From: an uncultured Gammaproteobacteria bacterium
GTDB taxonomy: Bacteria; Pseudomonadota; Gammaproteobacteria; Eutrophobiales; Eutrophobiaceae
Assembly (NCBI GenBank): GCA_958295485.1
Contig: OY282354.1
Coordinates: 2,083,417-2,147,416 of the forward strand
Length of the DNA stretch: 64,000 bases
Reading direction: 5' to 3'
The number at the start of each line of letters is the position of its first letter. The stretch's first letter is position 1. Shown here piece by piece: positions 39,971-50,238 of this stretch. Made by a program: the position numbers and the translations under genes. The notes beneath the pieces were generated by a model that had not been told where the DNA came from, did no database searches, and saw only the letters and a program-made list of their open reading frames with translations.

Positions 39971-42900
39971 TTACATGTTGCGCCGGTATTGCCCCCCTGT
40001 TTCAAAGAAGGCGTTGGTCAACTGTCCCAGTGAACAATAGCGCGCGGCATGCATCAACTCGGCAAATATGTTTTCATTGCTGATTACCGCGACTTTAAGT
40101 CGTTCCAACGCTTTCCCTGACTTGGCGCGATTGCGCGCCTGAAATTCCTTTAATCGTTTTAACTGTCCTTGCTTTTCTTCATCGGTTGAACGGCTCAGTT
40201 CGGCGGTGTATTCCTCGTCCGCGCCGGGGTTGAGAAATGTATTCACGCCGATGACGGGGTAACTCCCATCATGCTTCTTATGTTCATAGTAAAGGGATTC
40301 ATCCTGTATCCTGCCCCGCTGGTAGCCGGTTTCCATTGCGCCTAAAACGCCGCCGCGCTCGGAAATACGTTCAAATTCCTGTAATACCGCCGCTTCCACC
40401 AGGTCGGTCAGTTCCTCGATAATGAAAGAGCCCTGGTTGGAATTTTCGTTCCTGGTCAAACCCCATTCCTTGTTGATGATCAATTGAATAGCCAAGGCGC
40501 GGCGCACCGAGTCCTCGGTCGGCGTGGTAAAGGCCTCATCGAAGGCATTGGTATGCAGGCTGTTGCAATTGTCATAAACGGCGATAAGGGCCTGCAGGGT
40601 TGTGCGAATGTCATTGAATGTCATTTCCTGCGCGTGCAGGGAACGCCCGGACGTCTGGACGTGGTATTTCAATTTTTGGCTGCGCTCATCCGCGCCGTAT
40701 TTATCCCGCAGGGTAACGGCCCAAATGCGCCGCGCCACCCGGCCAAGCACGGTATATTCAGGGTCCATCCCATTGGAGAAAAAGAAAGACAGGTTGGGCG
40801 CGAAATCATCGATGCGCATACCCCTGGCCAGGTAGGCTTCAACAAAAGTAAACCCGTTCGCCAGGGTAAACGCGAGTTGCGAGATGGGGTTGGCGCCGGC
40901 CTCTGCGATGTGGTAACCGGATATGGAAACCGAATAAAAATTACGGATGCGATTATCGATAAAGTATTGCTGTATGTCCCCCATCATGCCCAGGCTGAAT
41001 TCCGTGGAGAAAATACACGTGTTCTGCCCCTGATCTTCTTTCAGTATGTCGGCCTGCACGGTGCCGCGCACATTTTCCAGGGTATAGGCGGTAATCCCGG
41101 ATAATTCCTCAGGGTCCGGCGACCTGTTGTTTTCCCGTTTGAATTTCTCCACCTGTTGGTCGATGGCGGTATTCAGGAAGTATGCCAATATCGTCGGCGC
41201 AGGGCCGTTGATGGTCATGGATACGGAGGTATCGGGGTCACACAGGTCAAAACCGTCATACAGGGCTTTCATGTCGTCCAACGTGGCAATGGACACGCCG
41301 GAATTGCCGATCTTGCCATAGATATCCGGCCGCTCATCCGGGTCAAACCCATACAATGTTACTGAATCAAATGCCGTTGACAAACGTTTCGCGCTGGCGT
41401 ATTCCGATAATTTCTTGAAGCGCCGATTCGTCTTGAACGCATCCCCCTCGCCCGCGAACATGCGGGTGGGGTCCTCCCCTTCTCGTTTAAATGGAAACAC
41501 GCCGGCGGTAAATGGAAAATGACCGGGCAGGTTCTCCCGCATGATCCATTTCAACAACTCGCCGTGATCCTCATATTCAGGCAGCGCGACTTTAGGGATG
41601 ATCGTGCCGGAGAGTGTTTTCGAGGTGATTTTTACCTTGAGTTCCGCATCCCTTACCTTGGTGATGAACTCATCGCCACGGTATTTTTCCTTGAGCGTCG
41701 GCCAATTTTCCAGCAATTCCCTGCAGCGCGGGTCCAGCGACTCGTCTTTCTGCTCCGCCAGTTTTGCCAACGCCCCAAGCCCGGCGTCACGTTCAGCGCC
41801 CTGGTCATTCCCGGCGGCCTGCAACATCGCCGCGCTGGCTTGCAGCTGTTGCTTCTCCCGCGCGAGCGCGGCTTGTTCACGGGCATGTTGATGATATCGG
41901 CGGACGGTCTCCGCGATGTCTCCCAGGTAACGCTGTCGTCGCGGGGGTATGAAGGCGGCGCATTCCGTAGAAGTTTTGCCGTTGACAACGGGCAAGGCCC
42001 CCTTGTATGCCGGCAAGCCTTTTTGTCTTAATGCGGGCAATAACCCCTGGTAGAGGGCCGTGACGCCGTCATCGTTGAACTTCGAGGCAATGGAGCCGAA
42101 TACGGGCATGTCCTCCGGACGCTCGGAGAAGGCCTGGCGGTTCCGTTGCACCTGTTTTGCCACGTCCCTCATGGCGTCTTCACCGCCTTTACGATCAAAC
42201 TTATTGATTGCCACTACGTCGGCAAAGTCCAGCATGTCGATTTTCTCTAATTGACTTGCCGCGCCGAATTCCGGCGTCATGACGTATAAAGCCGTATCAA
42301 CGAAGGGAATAATACCCGCATCACCCTGTCCGATACCGGGTGTTTCCATGATGATGAGATCAAACCCGGATACTTTGACCGCATTGATAATATCCGCCAG
42401 GTAGCCGGGAATCTCAGTCACCGCGGCGCGGGTGGCGATGGAGCGCATGAAAACCGTTTCATGGTAAACCGCATTCATGCGAATCCTGTCGCCCAACAAG
42501 GCGCCGCCGGTCTTTTTACGCGTGGGGTCGATAGCGAGCACGGCGATATTCAGGTTGTCACCGCTGTCCAGGCGAAAGCGCCGGATGAGTTCGTCAGTCA
42601 ATGACGACTTCCCGGCGCCACCCGTGCCGGTAATGCCCAGGATGGGTATATCGGCGCCCCGCACAAACGCCTCCTTCTCCAACCGGACTTTTTGTCGATC
42701 AGCCAATTTACCGTTTTCAATCGCGGTAATGACCCTGGACAAGGTCAATCGATTGCCCCGGTTCAGTTCTTCCAGCCTGGCAGGACCGGCATCAACAGGG
42801 TCAAAGCGACATGCCGCTAACATGTGATCGATCATGCCCTGCAACCCCAATCGGCGTTCGTCTTCCGGTGAAAATATCCGTTGCACGCCGTATTCATGCA

Positions 42901-43258
42901 GCGTTCGAATCTCAGCGGGAGCAATCACGCCGCCACCGCCGCCGAACACCTTGACGTGCCCGGCGCCGCGTTCGTTCAGCATATCGATCATGTATTTGAA
43001 GTATTCGACGTGGCCGCCCTGGTATGAACTGACGGCAATGCCTTGCACGTCTTCCTGCAACGCCGATTCAACGACTTCATGCGCCGAGCGGTTATGACCC
43101 AAATGGATCACTTCCGCCCCGGATTGTTGCAATATGCGCCGCACGATGTTGATCATCACATCGTGTCCGTCAAACAGGCTGGCAGCCGTGATAAAGCGGA
43201 GACTGATTTTCTCAGCCGCTTCTGTTTGCTCTCTTCTCGCTGACGGTACGGTTGCCAT
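39971..43258 (-). CDS. icmF: fused isobutyryl-CoA mutase (B12-binding domain + MeaB-like GTPase + mutase catalytic domain)
   Basis: 1095 aa. N-terminal B12-binding DxHxxG context ([11 protein letters not shown]), P-loop [12 protein letters not shown], and a C-terminal methylmalonyl-CoA-mutase-like (beta/alpha)8 domain. Confidence 0.8.
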   Translation of the reverse strand: MATVPSARREQTEAAEKISLRFITAASLFDGHDVMINIVRRILQQSGAEVIHLGHNRSAHEVVESALQEDVQGIAVSSYQGGHVEYFKYMIDMLNERGAGHVKVFGGGGGVIAPAEIRTLHEYGVQRIFSPEDERRLGLQGMIDHMLAACRFDPVDAGPARLEELNRGNRLTLSRVITAIENGKLADRQKVRLEKEAFVRGADIPILGITGTGGAGKSSLTDELIRRFRLDSGDNLNIAVLAIDPTRKKTGGALLGDRIRMNAVYHETVFMRSIATRAAVTEIPGYLADIINAVKVSGFDLIIMETPGIGQGDAGIIPFVDTALYVMTPEFGAASQLEKIDMLDFADVVAINKFDRKGGEDAMRDVAKQVQRNRQAFSERPEDMPVFGSIASKFNDDGVTALYQGLLPALRQKGLPAYKGALPVVNGKTSTECAAFIPPRRQRYLGDIAETVRRYHQHAREQAALAREKQQLQASAAMLQAAGNDQGAERDAGLGALAKLAEQKDESLDPRCRELLENWPTLKEKYRGDEFITKVRDAELKVKITSKTLSGTIIPKVALPEYEDHGELLKWIMRENLPGHFPFTAGVFPFKREGEDPTRMFAGEGDAFKTNRRFKKLSEYASAKRLSTAFDSVTLYGFDPDERPDIYGKIGNSGVSIATLDDMKALYDGFDLCDPDTSVSMTINGPAPTILAYFLNTAIDQQVEKFKRENNRSPDPEELSGITAYTLENVRGTVQADILKEDQGQNTCIFSTEFSLGMMGDIQQYFIDNRIRNFYSVSISGYHIAEAGANPISQLAFTLANGFTFVEAYLARGMRIDDFAPNLSFFFSNGMDPEYTVLGRVARRIWAVTLRDKYGADERSQKLKYHVQTSGRSLHAQEMTFNDIRTTLQALIAVYDNCNSLHTNAFDEAFTTPTEDSVRRALAIQLIINKEWGLTRNENSNQGSFIIEELTDLVEAAVLQEFERISERGGVLGAMETGYQRGRIQDESLYYEHKKHDGSYPVIGVNTFLNPGADEEYTAELSRSTDEEKQGQLKRLKEFQARNRAKSGKALERLKVAVISNENIFAELMHAARYCSLGQLTNAFFETGGQYRRNM

Positions 43259-43338
43259 GCCTTATTTATACACTATTTCTGCAGGCATTGCGATATAATG
43301 CCCGCTTTCTTCTTTCACTTGCTTGCGGAGAAACCGTA

Positions 43339-44826
43339 ATGAAAATGCCGCCTGTCGATAATGCCATCCTGCAAAACAGACCGGCTTTGATCAGACAAAT
43401 CAAGGCAATACTCCCTGATGAATGCGTGATTGTCGATGAGGCGGCCTTGCGCGCCTATGAAACCGATGCCCTGACGGCTTACCGACAGAGGCCGATGCTG
43501 GTGGCGCTGCCCGAGACGACGGCACAAGTCGCAGATGTGTTGAAACTGTGCAGCCGGCTGAAAATAAAGGTCGTGCCCAGGGGCGCCGGCACCTCCCTGT
43601 CAGGGGGCGCCCTGCCTTTGGCCGACGGCATAGTATTGGGGTTGGGCAAATTCAATAAAATTTTAGACGTTGATTTCGACAACCGGTGCGTAGTGGCCCA
43701 ATCGGGCGTGACCAACCTTGCCATCAGCGAAGCGGTCAACCACAGGGGGTTTTATTATGCCCCTGACCCCTCCAGCCAAATCGTCTGCACTATCGGTGGC
43801 AACGTCAGCGCAAATTCGGGCGGCGTGCATTGCCTTAAATACGGCCTGACAACAAACAATATCATGGGGATAGAAATGGTGACCATGACAGGAGAAATCC
43901 TGCGCATCGGGGGAAAATACCTGGATCCGGCCGGTTATGACCTGCTGGGCATCATAACCGGTTCGGAAGGATTATTAGGAGTGATCACGGAAGTGACGGT
44001 GCGGATTATCCAACAGGCTCAAACGGCAAGGGCCATGTTGCTCGGGTTTCCAAGCAATGAAGCTGCGGGAGAGTGTGTCGCCGGGATCATCAGCAGCGGC
44101 ATTATCCCCGCCGGGGTAGAAATGATGGATGAGTTCGCTATCAAGGCATCTGAAGATTACTGTCATGCGGGTTATCCCGTAGACTGCCCTGCCCTGGTGA
44201 TCGTGGAGCTTGACGGCCAAGAGGGGGAAGTGACCGAGTTAATCGGACAAGTCCGGGAGATTGCAGAGAACTGCCAGGTCGTATCCATACAAGTCAGCGA
44301 GACGGAAGCAGAGCGGCAGCGTATTTGGGCCGGCAGAAAAGCGGCCTTTCCCGCGTTAGGGGATATATCGCCTGATTATTATTGCATGGATGGCGTCATA
44401 CCCCGCCGCAAGCTCCCCCAGGTCTTGACTCGAATAAGGGAAATGTCCGATCAATACGGCCTGCGCGTGGCCAACGTGTTTCATGCCGGCGACGGCAATT
44501 TGCACCCGCTGATTTTATTCGATGCGAGCAACCCCGGGGAATTGCAAAAAGTCGAAGAATTTGGCGCTGATATTCTACGCTTATGCGTCGAAGTCGGCGG
44601 CGTGTTGACCGGTGAGCACGGCGTTGGCGTTGAGAAACGGGACCTCATGCACACCATGTTCGATGAACAAGACCTGCAACAGCAGCAACGGCTTAAATGC
44701 GTATTCGACCCGGACGGCGGGTTAAACCCCGGCAAGGTCTTCCCCACCCTGCGCCGCTGCGCGGAATTGGGTAAATTGCACGTGCATAAAGGGAATATCC
44801 CCTTCCCCGACATCCCCAGGTTTTAA
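43339..44826 (+). CDS. glcD: glycolate oxidase subunit GlcD (FAD-linked oxidase)
   Basis: FAD PCMH domain (VVPRGAGTSLSGG) and C-terminal GEHGVG. Start is set at MKMPPVDN. Confidence 0.8.
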   Translation: MKMPPVDNAILQNRPALIRQIKAILPDECVIVDEAALRAYETDALTAYRQRPMLVALPETTAQVADVLKLCSRLKIKVVPRGAGTSLSGGALPLADGIVLGLGKFNKILDVDFDNRCVVAQSGVTNLAISEAVNHRGFYYAPDPSSQIVCTIGGNVSANSGGVHCLKYGLTTNNIMGIEMVTMTGEILRIGGKYLDPAGYDLLGIITGSEGLLGVITEVTVRIIQQAQTARAMLLGFPSNEAAGECVAGIISSGIIPAGVEMMDEFAIKASEDYCHAGYPVDCPALVIVELDGQEGEVTELIGQVREIAENCQVVSIQVSETEAERQRIWAGRKAAFPALGDISPDYYCMDGVIPRRKLPQVLTRIREMSDQYGLRVANVFHAGDGNLHPLILFDASNPGELQKVEEFGADILRLCVEVGGVLTGEHGVGVEKRDLMHTMFDEQDLQQQQRLKCVFDPDGGLNPGKVFPTLRRCAELGKLHVHKGNIPFPDIPRF

Positions 44827-44874
44827 CAGGTAAAATAACCATAGGCAGGAAAATGAACCAGTCCGATTTCACTC

Positions 44875-44980
44875 TCGCAGGGGCAGGCCCCCGCGCCTGC
44901 CCTGGACAATGCCGGTCCGTGCCGGAGGGCAACCACGGGGGGTTGCCCCTGCGGGTCCTCACTGGCGGCGGCGCTGGTCG
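44875..44980. repeat. GC-rich intergenic repeat, copy 2, between glcD and glcE
   Basis: CTCGCAGGGGCAGGCCCCCGCGCCTGCCCTGG...GCCCCTGCGGGTCCTCACTGGCGG aligns with 34843-34945, and its first 30 bp with 52341-52395. Confidence 0.65.
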
Positions 44981-44995
44981 CCCTTCCCCTCGAGA

Positions 44996-46297
44996 ATGAG
45001 CGAGAGATTTTTACCCGAAACGGAGCAACAGGCGCTGGAACTCGTCCGGTGGGCTGTTGCCGGGAACAAGACCATCGCCATCCAGGGAGAGAATACGAAG
45101 CAGGGTTTCGGGTTGCTTGCTGAAACAGACTGTATGGTATCAATGAGAAATCTTGCCGGGATCGTGGAATACCACCCGGAAGAGTTGGTCATGCAGGCAT
45201 TGCCCGGCACCCCGGTCGAAGAAATAAAACAAGAATTGAATAAACATGACCAGCGTCTGGAATTCGAGCCGCTGAACTTGGGCAGGATGTACCAAACAGG
45301 GGGCGAAGGCACGATCGGCGGGGTCTTCTCAGGCAACTTGGCCGGCCCGCGCCGGTTCAAGGCAGGCAGCGCGCGAGATCATATATTAGGGATCAAGGCG
45401 ATCAACGGCCGCGGCGAAACCTGTAAATCCGGCGGCAAGGTGATTAAAAATGTCAGCGGTTATGACATGAGCAAGTTAATCGCCGGTTCCTGGGGCACTT
45501 TGTCCGTCATCACTGAAGTGACATTCAAAGTCCTGCCCGCGCCCGCAGCGTCGGCCACCCTTGCCGTTCAAGGGTTGTCAACCGAACAAGGTCTGAAATT
45601 ACTGGCGACTGTTCTCTCCACCCCCTGCGAAACCTCGGGTCTGGCCTATTTGCCTGCCCCGGCATTAGCAGCCATTGAACCAGGCGAGGAGCCTGTTCCG
45701 CAGGATACAGGAAGTCCTCCTGGCAAGGGGGATTCAGGGGGGAGTCAGGGCGAGAGGGACGGAAAGCTGTTATTTCCCGATGAATCCATGACCTTGATAA
45801 GACTGGAAGGCACGGAATTATCGGTGAACGAACGAATACAGACCCTGCGAAAGCTGTTGCCGGGCGACCGCAAAAACAGTATCCTCAACCAGGCTGACAC
45901 CACCTTGCTGTGGTCCAAAATCCGTGATGTAGCGCCCTTGCATGACGTTCATCGCACACCCGCTATTTTAAAAATATCGACTCCTCCCACGGCCGTCCCG
46001 GGTTTAACACGGTTCCTCGATCAATCAGGCGGTTGTACTTGGTACCTGGACGCTGCCGGCAGCTGGTTATGGGTGGGTGTATGCCAGGCAGCGACAGCGG
46101 ACAAGCTCAATTCCATAAAGCGGGAAGTCAGTATCAGCGGCGGCAACGCAACCCTGTATCGCGCCCCCGACGCCGTTAAAAAGAATACGGGAATTTATTC
46201 CTTCCCTGACAGTTCGATTAAAAATCTCAACGAAAAGATAAAAAACAGTTTTGATCCGGGTAATATCTTTAATCCCGATAGATTGTATTCACTTTAA
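44996..46297 (+). CDS. glcE: glycolate oxidase FAD-binding subunit GlcE
   Basis: FAD-binding PCMH domain. Start is set at MSERF; the track's upstream extension is translated repeat sequence. It contains a low-complexity insert (EPGEEPVPQDTGSPPGKGDSGGSQGERDG). Confidence 0.7.
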   Translation: MSERFLPETEQQALELVRWAVAGNKTIAIQGENTKQGFGLLAETDCMVSMRNLAGIVEYHPEELVMQALPGTPVEEIKQELNKHDQRLEFEPLNLGRMYQTGGEGTIGGVFSGNLAGPRRFKAGSARDHILGIKAINGRGETCKSGGKVIKNVSGYDMSKLIAGSWGTLSVITEVTFKVLPAPAASATLAVQGLSTEQGLKLLATVLSTPCETSGLAYLPAPALAAIEPGEEPVPQDTGSPPGKGDSGGSQGERDGKLLFPDESMTLIRLEGTELSVNERIQTLRKLLPGDRKNSILNQADTTLLWSKIRDVAPLHDVHRTPAILKISTPPTAVPGLTRFLDQSGGCTWYLDAAGSWLWVGVCQAATADKLNSIKREVSISGGNATLYRAPDAVKKNTGIYSFPDSSIKNLNEKIKNSFDPGNIFNPDRLYSL

Positions 46298-46379
46298 CAT
46301 TGCTTCATAATCCATTGAAAAAAAGAATTTTGATTATTTATATCCTGTATATCCTGCGTATGCGCCTTAAGGGTTGATT

Positions 46380-47762
46380 ATGCGTACTGAATTTACAACA
46401 GAGCAGTTGGCAGACCCCAGGTTGGATGAAGCGAACAGCATACTCCGCAAGTGTGTTCATTGTGGGTTTTGCAACTCGACCTGCCCTACATTCAAGTTAA
46501 TCGGCGATGAACTGGATGGGCCCAGGGGGCGTATTTACCTGTTAAAAGATATGCTGGAACGTGACACAACGCCTTCAAAACAGGTGGTTAAACATCTGGA
46601 CAGGTGCCTGTCTTGCCTGTCGTGCATGACGGCCTGCCCATCCGGCGTAAATTACATGCGCCTGATAGATGAAGGCCGTAGTTATATCGAGAAAAAATTC
46701 AATCGCCCCCTCATGGAGCGGCTTTTCAGGAACGCGCTGGCGTTGACTCTACCCTGTCCAGGCAGATTTCGACTGCTTTTAATCTTGTCCGGGTTGCTGT
46801 CACCCATCAAACAACTGTTGCCCGAACGATTTCGCGCAGCTATGAATCTCCGCTCCGGCGTGACCCGAACAGGGCAGAAACAGCGAACAGGCAACGGGAA
46901 TAACAGGTCGTCCGCCTCTTCCCTTCCTCCTGAAAGCGGCAGGTTATCTCCTTCCCCCCTTGAGGGAGGGAACCGGAAAGGCGCCGTAGGTCTTATTGCC
47001 GGTTGTGTTCAACAAGTCATGGGAACCAACATCAATTCGGCCAGTATCCGGCTACTGGAACAGCAGGGCTACCAAGTCCACCTGCTGTCAGACCCCCCGT
47101 GCTGCGGCGCGGTCGAGCATCATTTAGGCAAAACAGCCAAGTCGGAAAAGCGCTTCAAGCAAAATATCGCCACCTGGATAAAAATCGCCGATGAACTCGG
47201 CCTGGAGGCCTTAATCGTCAATGCCTCCGGCTGCGGCACCATGATGAAAGAATATGGCCACCTTTTCCGTCATGACGAAGCCCTGGCCGCGGATGCCGAC
47301 AGGGTCAGTGAGATGTGCCGGGATATTTCCGAATTTCTATCCGGCCAGACGATGGAGTTCAGAAGCGTTGAGATGAACAACATCCGCGTTGCCTACCAAA
47401 GCCCCTGCTCCATGCAACACGGGCAGAAGATAGACTCCCAACCCCTGAACCTGTTGCAACAAGCCGGTTTCGACGTACAGGAATTCCCGGAAAAATACAT
47501 GTGTTGCGGCTCAGCGGGCGTCTACAACCTCCTGCAATCCGAAATTGCACATGAATTGGGAAAAAGAAAAACAGCCCACATCGAACAGGCAAATATCGAC
47601 GTTATCGCCAGCGGCAACCTGGGCTGCATAATGCACATGCAGCAATTCACCAGCATACCCATCGTACACACTGTGGAATTACTCGACTGGGCAGCCAGTG
47701 GGCCTGAACCTTTTCAGGGCGACACGCGCTTTCCCCTTGACAAAAAGTCAAACACATTGTGA
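46380..47762 (+). CDS. glcF: glycolate oxidase iron-sulfur subunit GlcF
   Basis: CxxCxxCxxxCP ferredoxin motifs (CVHCGFCNSTCP, CLSCLSCMTACP) and C-terminal CCG domains. It carries a low-complexity insert of about 50 aa (RTGNGNNRSSASSLPPESG...). Confidence 0.8.
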   Translation: MRTEFTTEQLADPRLDEANSILRKCVHCGFCNSTCPTFKLIGDELDGPRGRIYLLKDMLERDTTPSKQVVKHLDRCLSCLSCMTACPSGVNYMRLIDEGRSYIEKKFNRPLMERLFRNALALTLPCPGRFRLLLILSGLLSPIKQLLPERFRAAMNLRSGVTRTGQKQRTGNGNNRSSASSLPPESGRLSPSPLEGGNRKGAVGLIAGCVQQVMGTNINSASIRLLEQQGYQVHLLSDPPCCGAVEHHLGKTAKSEKRFKQNIATWIKIADELGLEALIVNASGCGTMMKEYGHLFRHDEALAADADRVSEMCRDISEFLSGQTMEFRSVEMNNIRVAYQSPCSMQHGQKIDSQPLNLLQQAGFDVQEFPEKYMCCGSAGVYNLLQSEIAHELGKRKTAHIEQANIDVIASGNLGCIMHMQQFTSIPIVHTVELLDWAASGPEPFQGDTRFPLDKKSNTL

Positions 47763-47844
47763 ACCATGCTGAATATGACAAGCTCTTAAAACGATATGGA
47801 AACGAGGTGAATCGGCGTGAGATTCAGGACTATTAAAGAATAAA

Positions 47845-50226
47845 GTGCATGAACTCTTTAATGGGGTATCTTATATCAGCCGCATCAACAAGAAGATGAC
47901 CACGCTGGATACCGTTGCGCCGACGGGCCGCTGGCGCGCTCTGGCCGCCCGCTGCCTGAATCAGCCAGGGGCGGGAACTCTGTCTTCCCGGCTGCGTAAC
48001 GCGCTGTTCATCCTGTTTATCGGCGGCGTCATGGCCTACGGGGCCGGGTTCGCCTGGTACACGCTCGCTCGTTTCGACCTCCTCGACCTGATCCGCGACC
48101 TGATCCACGACGATGCCTTCTATTACTTCCAGATCGCCCATAACCTGGCCGAGGGGAAGTTCTCGACCTTCGACGGCGGCATCACGCGCACCAACGGCTA
48201 TCACCCGCTCTGGCTGTTTCTGATCACGCCGTTCTACTGGGTATTCGACAAGGAAACCGCGCTGTTCGCCATCAAGGCGTTCGAGATCATGCTCGTGGCC
48301 GGCGGCGTGGCCCTGGTCGCCGCGGCCGCCCGGCTGGCGCGCCTGCCGTGGTATCTGATGTTCGCCGCGCTGCCGATGCTCTACCAGCAGGGCGTCTTGA
48401 TTAAAGGAATGGAAGCGGCGGCAGCGCTGTTCATGCTGGGCCTGTTCATCCTGACCGTCTGCCTCTTTGCGCGAAGTCCGGCGCGGTGGCAGTGGCCGCT
48501 GGCCGCGGTAGCCTTTGCCCTGCCCTGGGTGCGTCTGGAGTACATCGCCATATCCTTGGCGGCAACCGCGGCGCTGTGCCTCGTCGAGTGGTTGGGACAG
48601 GAACGAGCGCCCGGCGCGCCACTCGGAGAGCGGGCTGGTTCTGCGCGCTCCGTCAAGGCGCTCGTCCCGTTTCTCGCCGCTGGGACAGGCATCCTGGTGT
48701 ACTTCGCCTACAACAAGCTCGTGTTCGGCGGTATCGTGCCGGTGAGTGGCGCGACCAAGGCTGCTTGGTCGCAGTTCAGGTGGGAGGGAGAAGGCGGATA
48801 CAGCCTGACGCAGAACTTTTGGGGGATATTGCAGGTTCCTGTCTTTGACTATGAACTGCTGGTTGCGCTGGAGATTTGCGCCTACCTGCTGTTGGTCTGG
48901 CGGTTCTCCCGCCGCTTCCGGAGTCAGGAGGACTGGCTGCTGCTGACCTTTCTGGTGGGCGTGTTCGGCTTGGCGGCCGGCCATCTGGCCAAGTTCGCGC
49001 AGACTGTTCTCACGATTCACCCTTCCCTGGGGCCTTGGCTTTGGTATTTCATCCCGGCGTACCTGATGATGGCGCTGATTGTTCCCGTACGATGTTACGT
49101 CGCCATTTATTTCATTCGCCGGTTCATCGGGTCGAAGTCGCAATACGCGACCAACATCCTGAGCATGGGTATTGTCCTTGCGGGCGCGGCCTTCCTGCTC
49201 GCAAAGACGGATTTCGCCGCCTCGTTCCGGTGGGTTGAAGCGAGTAGAAACTCAACCAGGGTTGCCAGCGAATGGACTGATGCCGTCTATGGGGGTACGC
49301 AGCTTATGAATCACGTGCTGCCCGAGGACAGCTTGGTCGGGTCGTGGGAGGCTGGCATCATAGGGTATTTCTCGCGCTTTCCGGTGGTGAACCTGGATGG
49401 TCTGGTCAACTCTTACGACTATTTTCACGGAACGAACGTGGCGAGAGATGGATACGCCAGCTGGGATGAAAAACTCATCTCCCTCCATCGAGAATTCGGG
49501 ATAACTCACTTTGTCATCCTTAAGCGCTTTGAAGGTTTACTATCAAGTACGCTTGATAGACTGGAATTCCAAATACGTCCTGTCGGACTGCCGGCAGATG
49601 ACAATACCGTCGCCAGGACTTGGGAGAGGATTGAACCCCACTTCGACCACCAGTCGGATAGTATCGGGCTGATCGTGGACGGTCGGCTGGCGCAGGCGTT
49701 CGTCAGGAACTGTGCGCCGAACGAGTTGGCAGCGTTGTCCTGGGTTGGCCAAGGAGAGGAAACGGTCGCCAAAGTCTGGACGCAAACGCAAACCGGGCTG
49801 TGCGTGGCAGCGTTCGTGCTGCCTCACAATGCGCTCCCGCCGGTCAGTGTGGAAACAATGGATGTCCCGGTGAGCGATTACCTGGCAAGACTACTTGGAG
49901 ACAACCGGCCGGTAATCCGCTCCGATTGGAATGTACATCTCGTCGGGAATAGTCTTATCTACAAGAAGGAGCAGTGCACCCCGGCGGATACTGAACCGAC
50001 ATTCTTCCTCCACCTGTACCCGGTTGACGTGAACGACCTCCCCAGCCACCGCCAGCAGTATGGCTTCGATAACCTCGACTTTGCTTTCGGGGAGCAAGAT
50101 GTCATCGCGAGAGGAGTCTGCGCAGCGAGGCGGCAACTGCCTGATTACGACATCGCCGCGATCGGCGCCGGTCAGTACATCGGTGAGGGCCGGATCTGGG
50201 AGGGGCGCTTCAACATCCCCTTGTAG
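47845..50226 (+). CDS. large polytopic membrane protein with a GT-C-fold glycosyltransferase-like N-terminal domain (PMT/ArnT-like DDxFYY...HPPLW loop) and a C-terminal soluble domain of about 330 aa
   Basis: 793 aa with at least 11 hydrophobic helices in the first 450 aa. The first loop HDDAFYYFQIAHNLAEG...GYHPLW resembles the catalytic DE/DD loop of GT39/GT83. The N-terminal half has very high GC (about 80% locally). Confidence 0.5.
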   Translation: MHELFNGVSYISRINKKMTTLDTVAPTGRWRALAARCLNQPGAGTLSSRLRNALFILFIGGVMAYGAGFAWYTLARFDLLDLIRDLIHDDAFYYFQIAHNLAEGKFSTFDGGITRTNGYHPLWLFLITPFYWVFDKETALFAIKAFEIMLVAGGVALVAAAARLARLPWYLMFAALPMLYQQGVLIKGMEAAAALFMLGLFILTVCLFARSPARWQWPLAAVAFALPWVRLEYIAISLAATAALCLVEWLGQERAPGAPLGERAGSARSVKALVPFLAAGTGILVYFAYNKLVFGGIVPVSGATKAAWSQFRWEGEGGYSLTQNFWGILQVPVFDYELLVALEICAYLLLVWRFSRRFRSQEDWLLLTFLVGVFGLAAGHLAKFAQTVLTIHPSLGPWLWYFIPAYLMMALIVPVRCYVAIYFIRRFIGSKSQYATNILSMGIVLAGAAFLLAKTDFAASFRWVEASRNSTRVASEWTDAVYGGTQLMNHVLPEDSLVGSWEAGIIGYFSRFPVVNLDGLVNSYDYFHGTNVARDGYASWDEKLISLHREFGITHFVILKRFEGLLSSTLDRLEFQIRPVGLPADDNTVARTWERIEPHFDHQSDSIGLIVDGRLAQAFVRNCAPNELAALSWVGQGEETVAKVWTQTQTGLCVAAFVLPHNALPPVSVETMDVPVSDYLARLLGDNRPVIRSDWNVHLVGNSLIYKKEQCTPADTEPTFFLHLYPVDVNDLPSHRQQYGFDNLDFAFGEQDVIARGVCAARRQLPDYDIAAIGAGQYIGEGRIWEGRFNIPL

Positions 50227-50238
50227 TGACATCCTTTG

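Noticed and set aside
44909-44995. N-terminal extensions MPVRAGGQPRGVAPAGP... (glcE) and MAGGRRGGLPPRDAS (GTG start at 52377), and the ORF 34654..34920
   Set aside because: All three are translations of copies of the GC-rich intergenic repeat. Downstream ATGs give proteins with proper signal peptides or domain starts.
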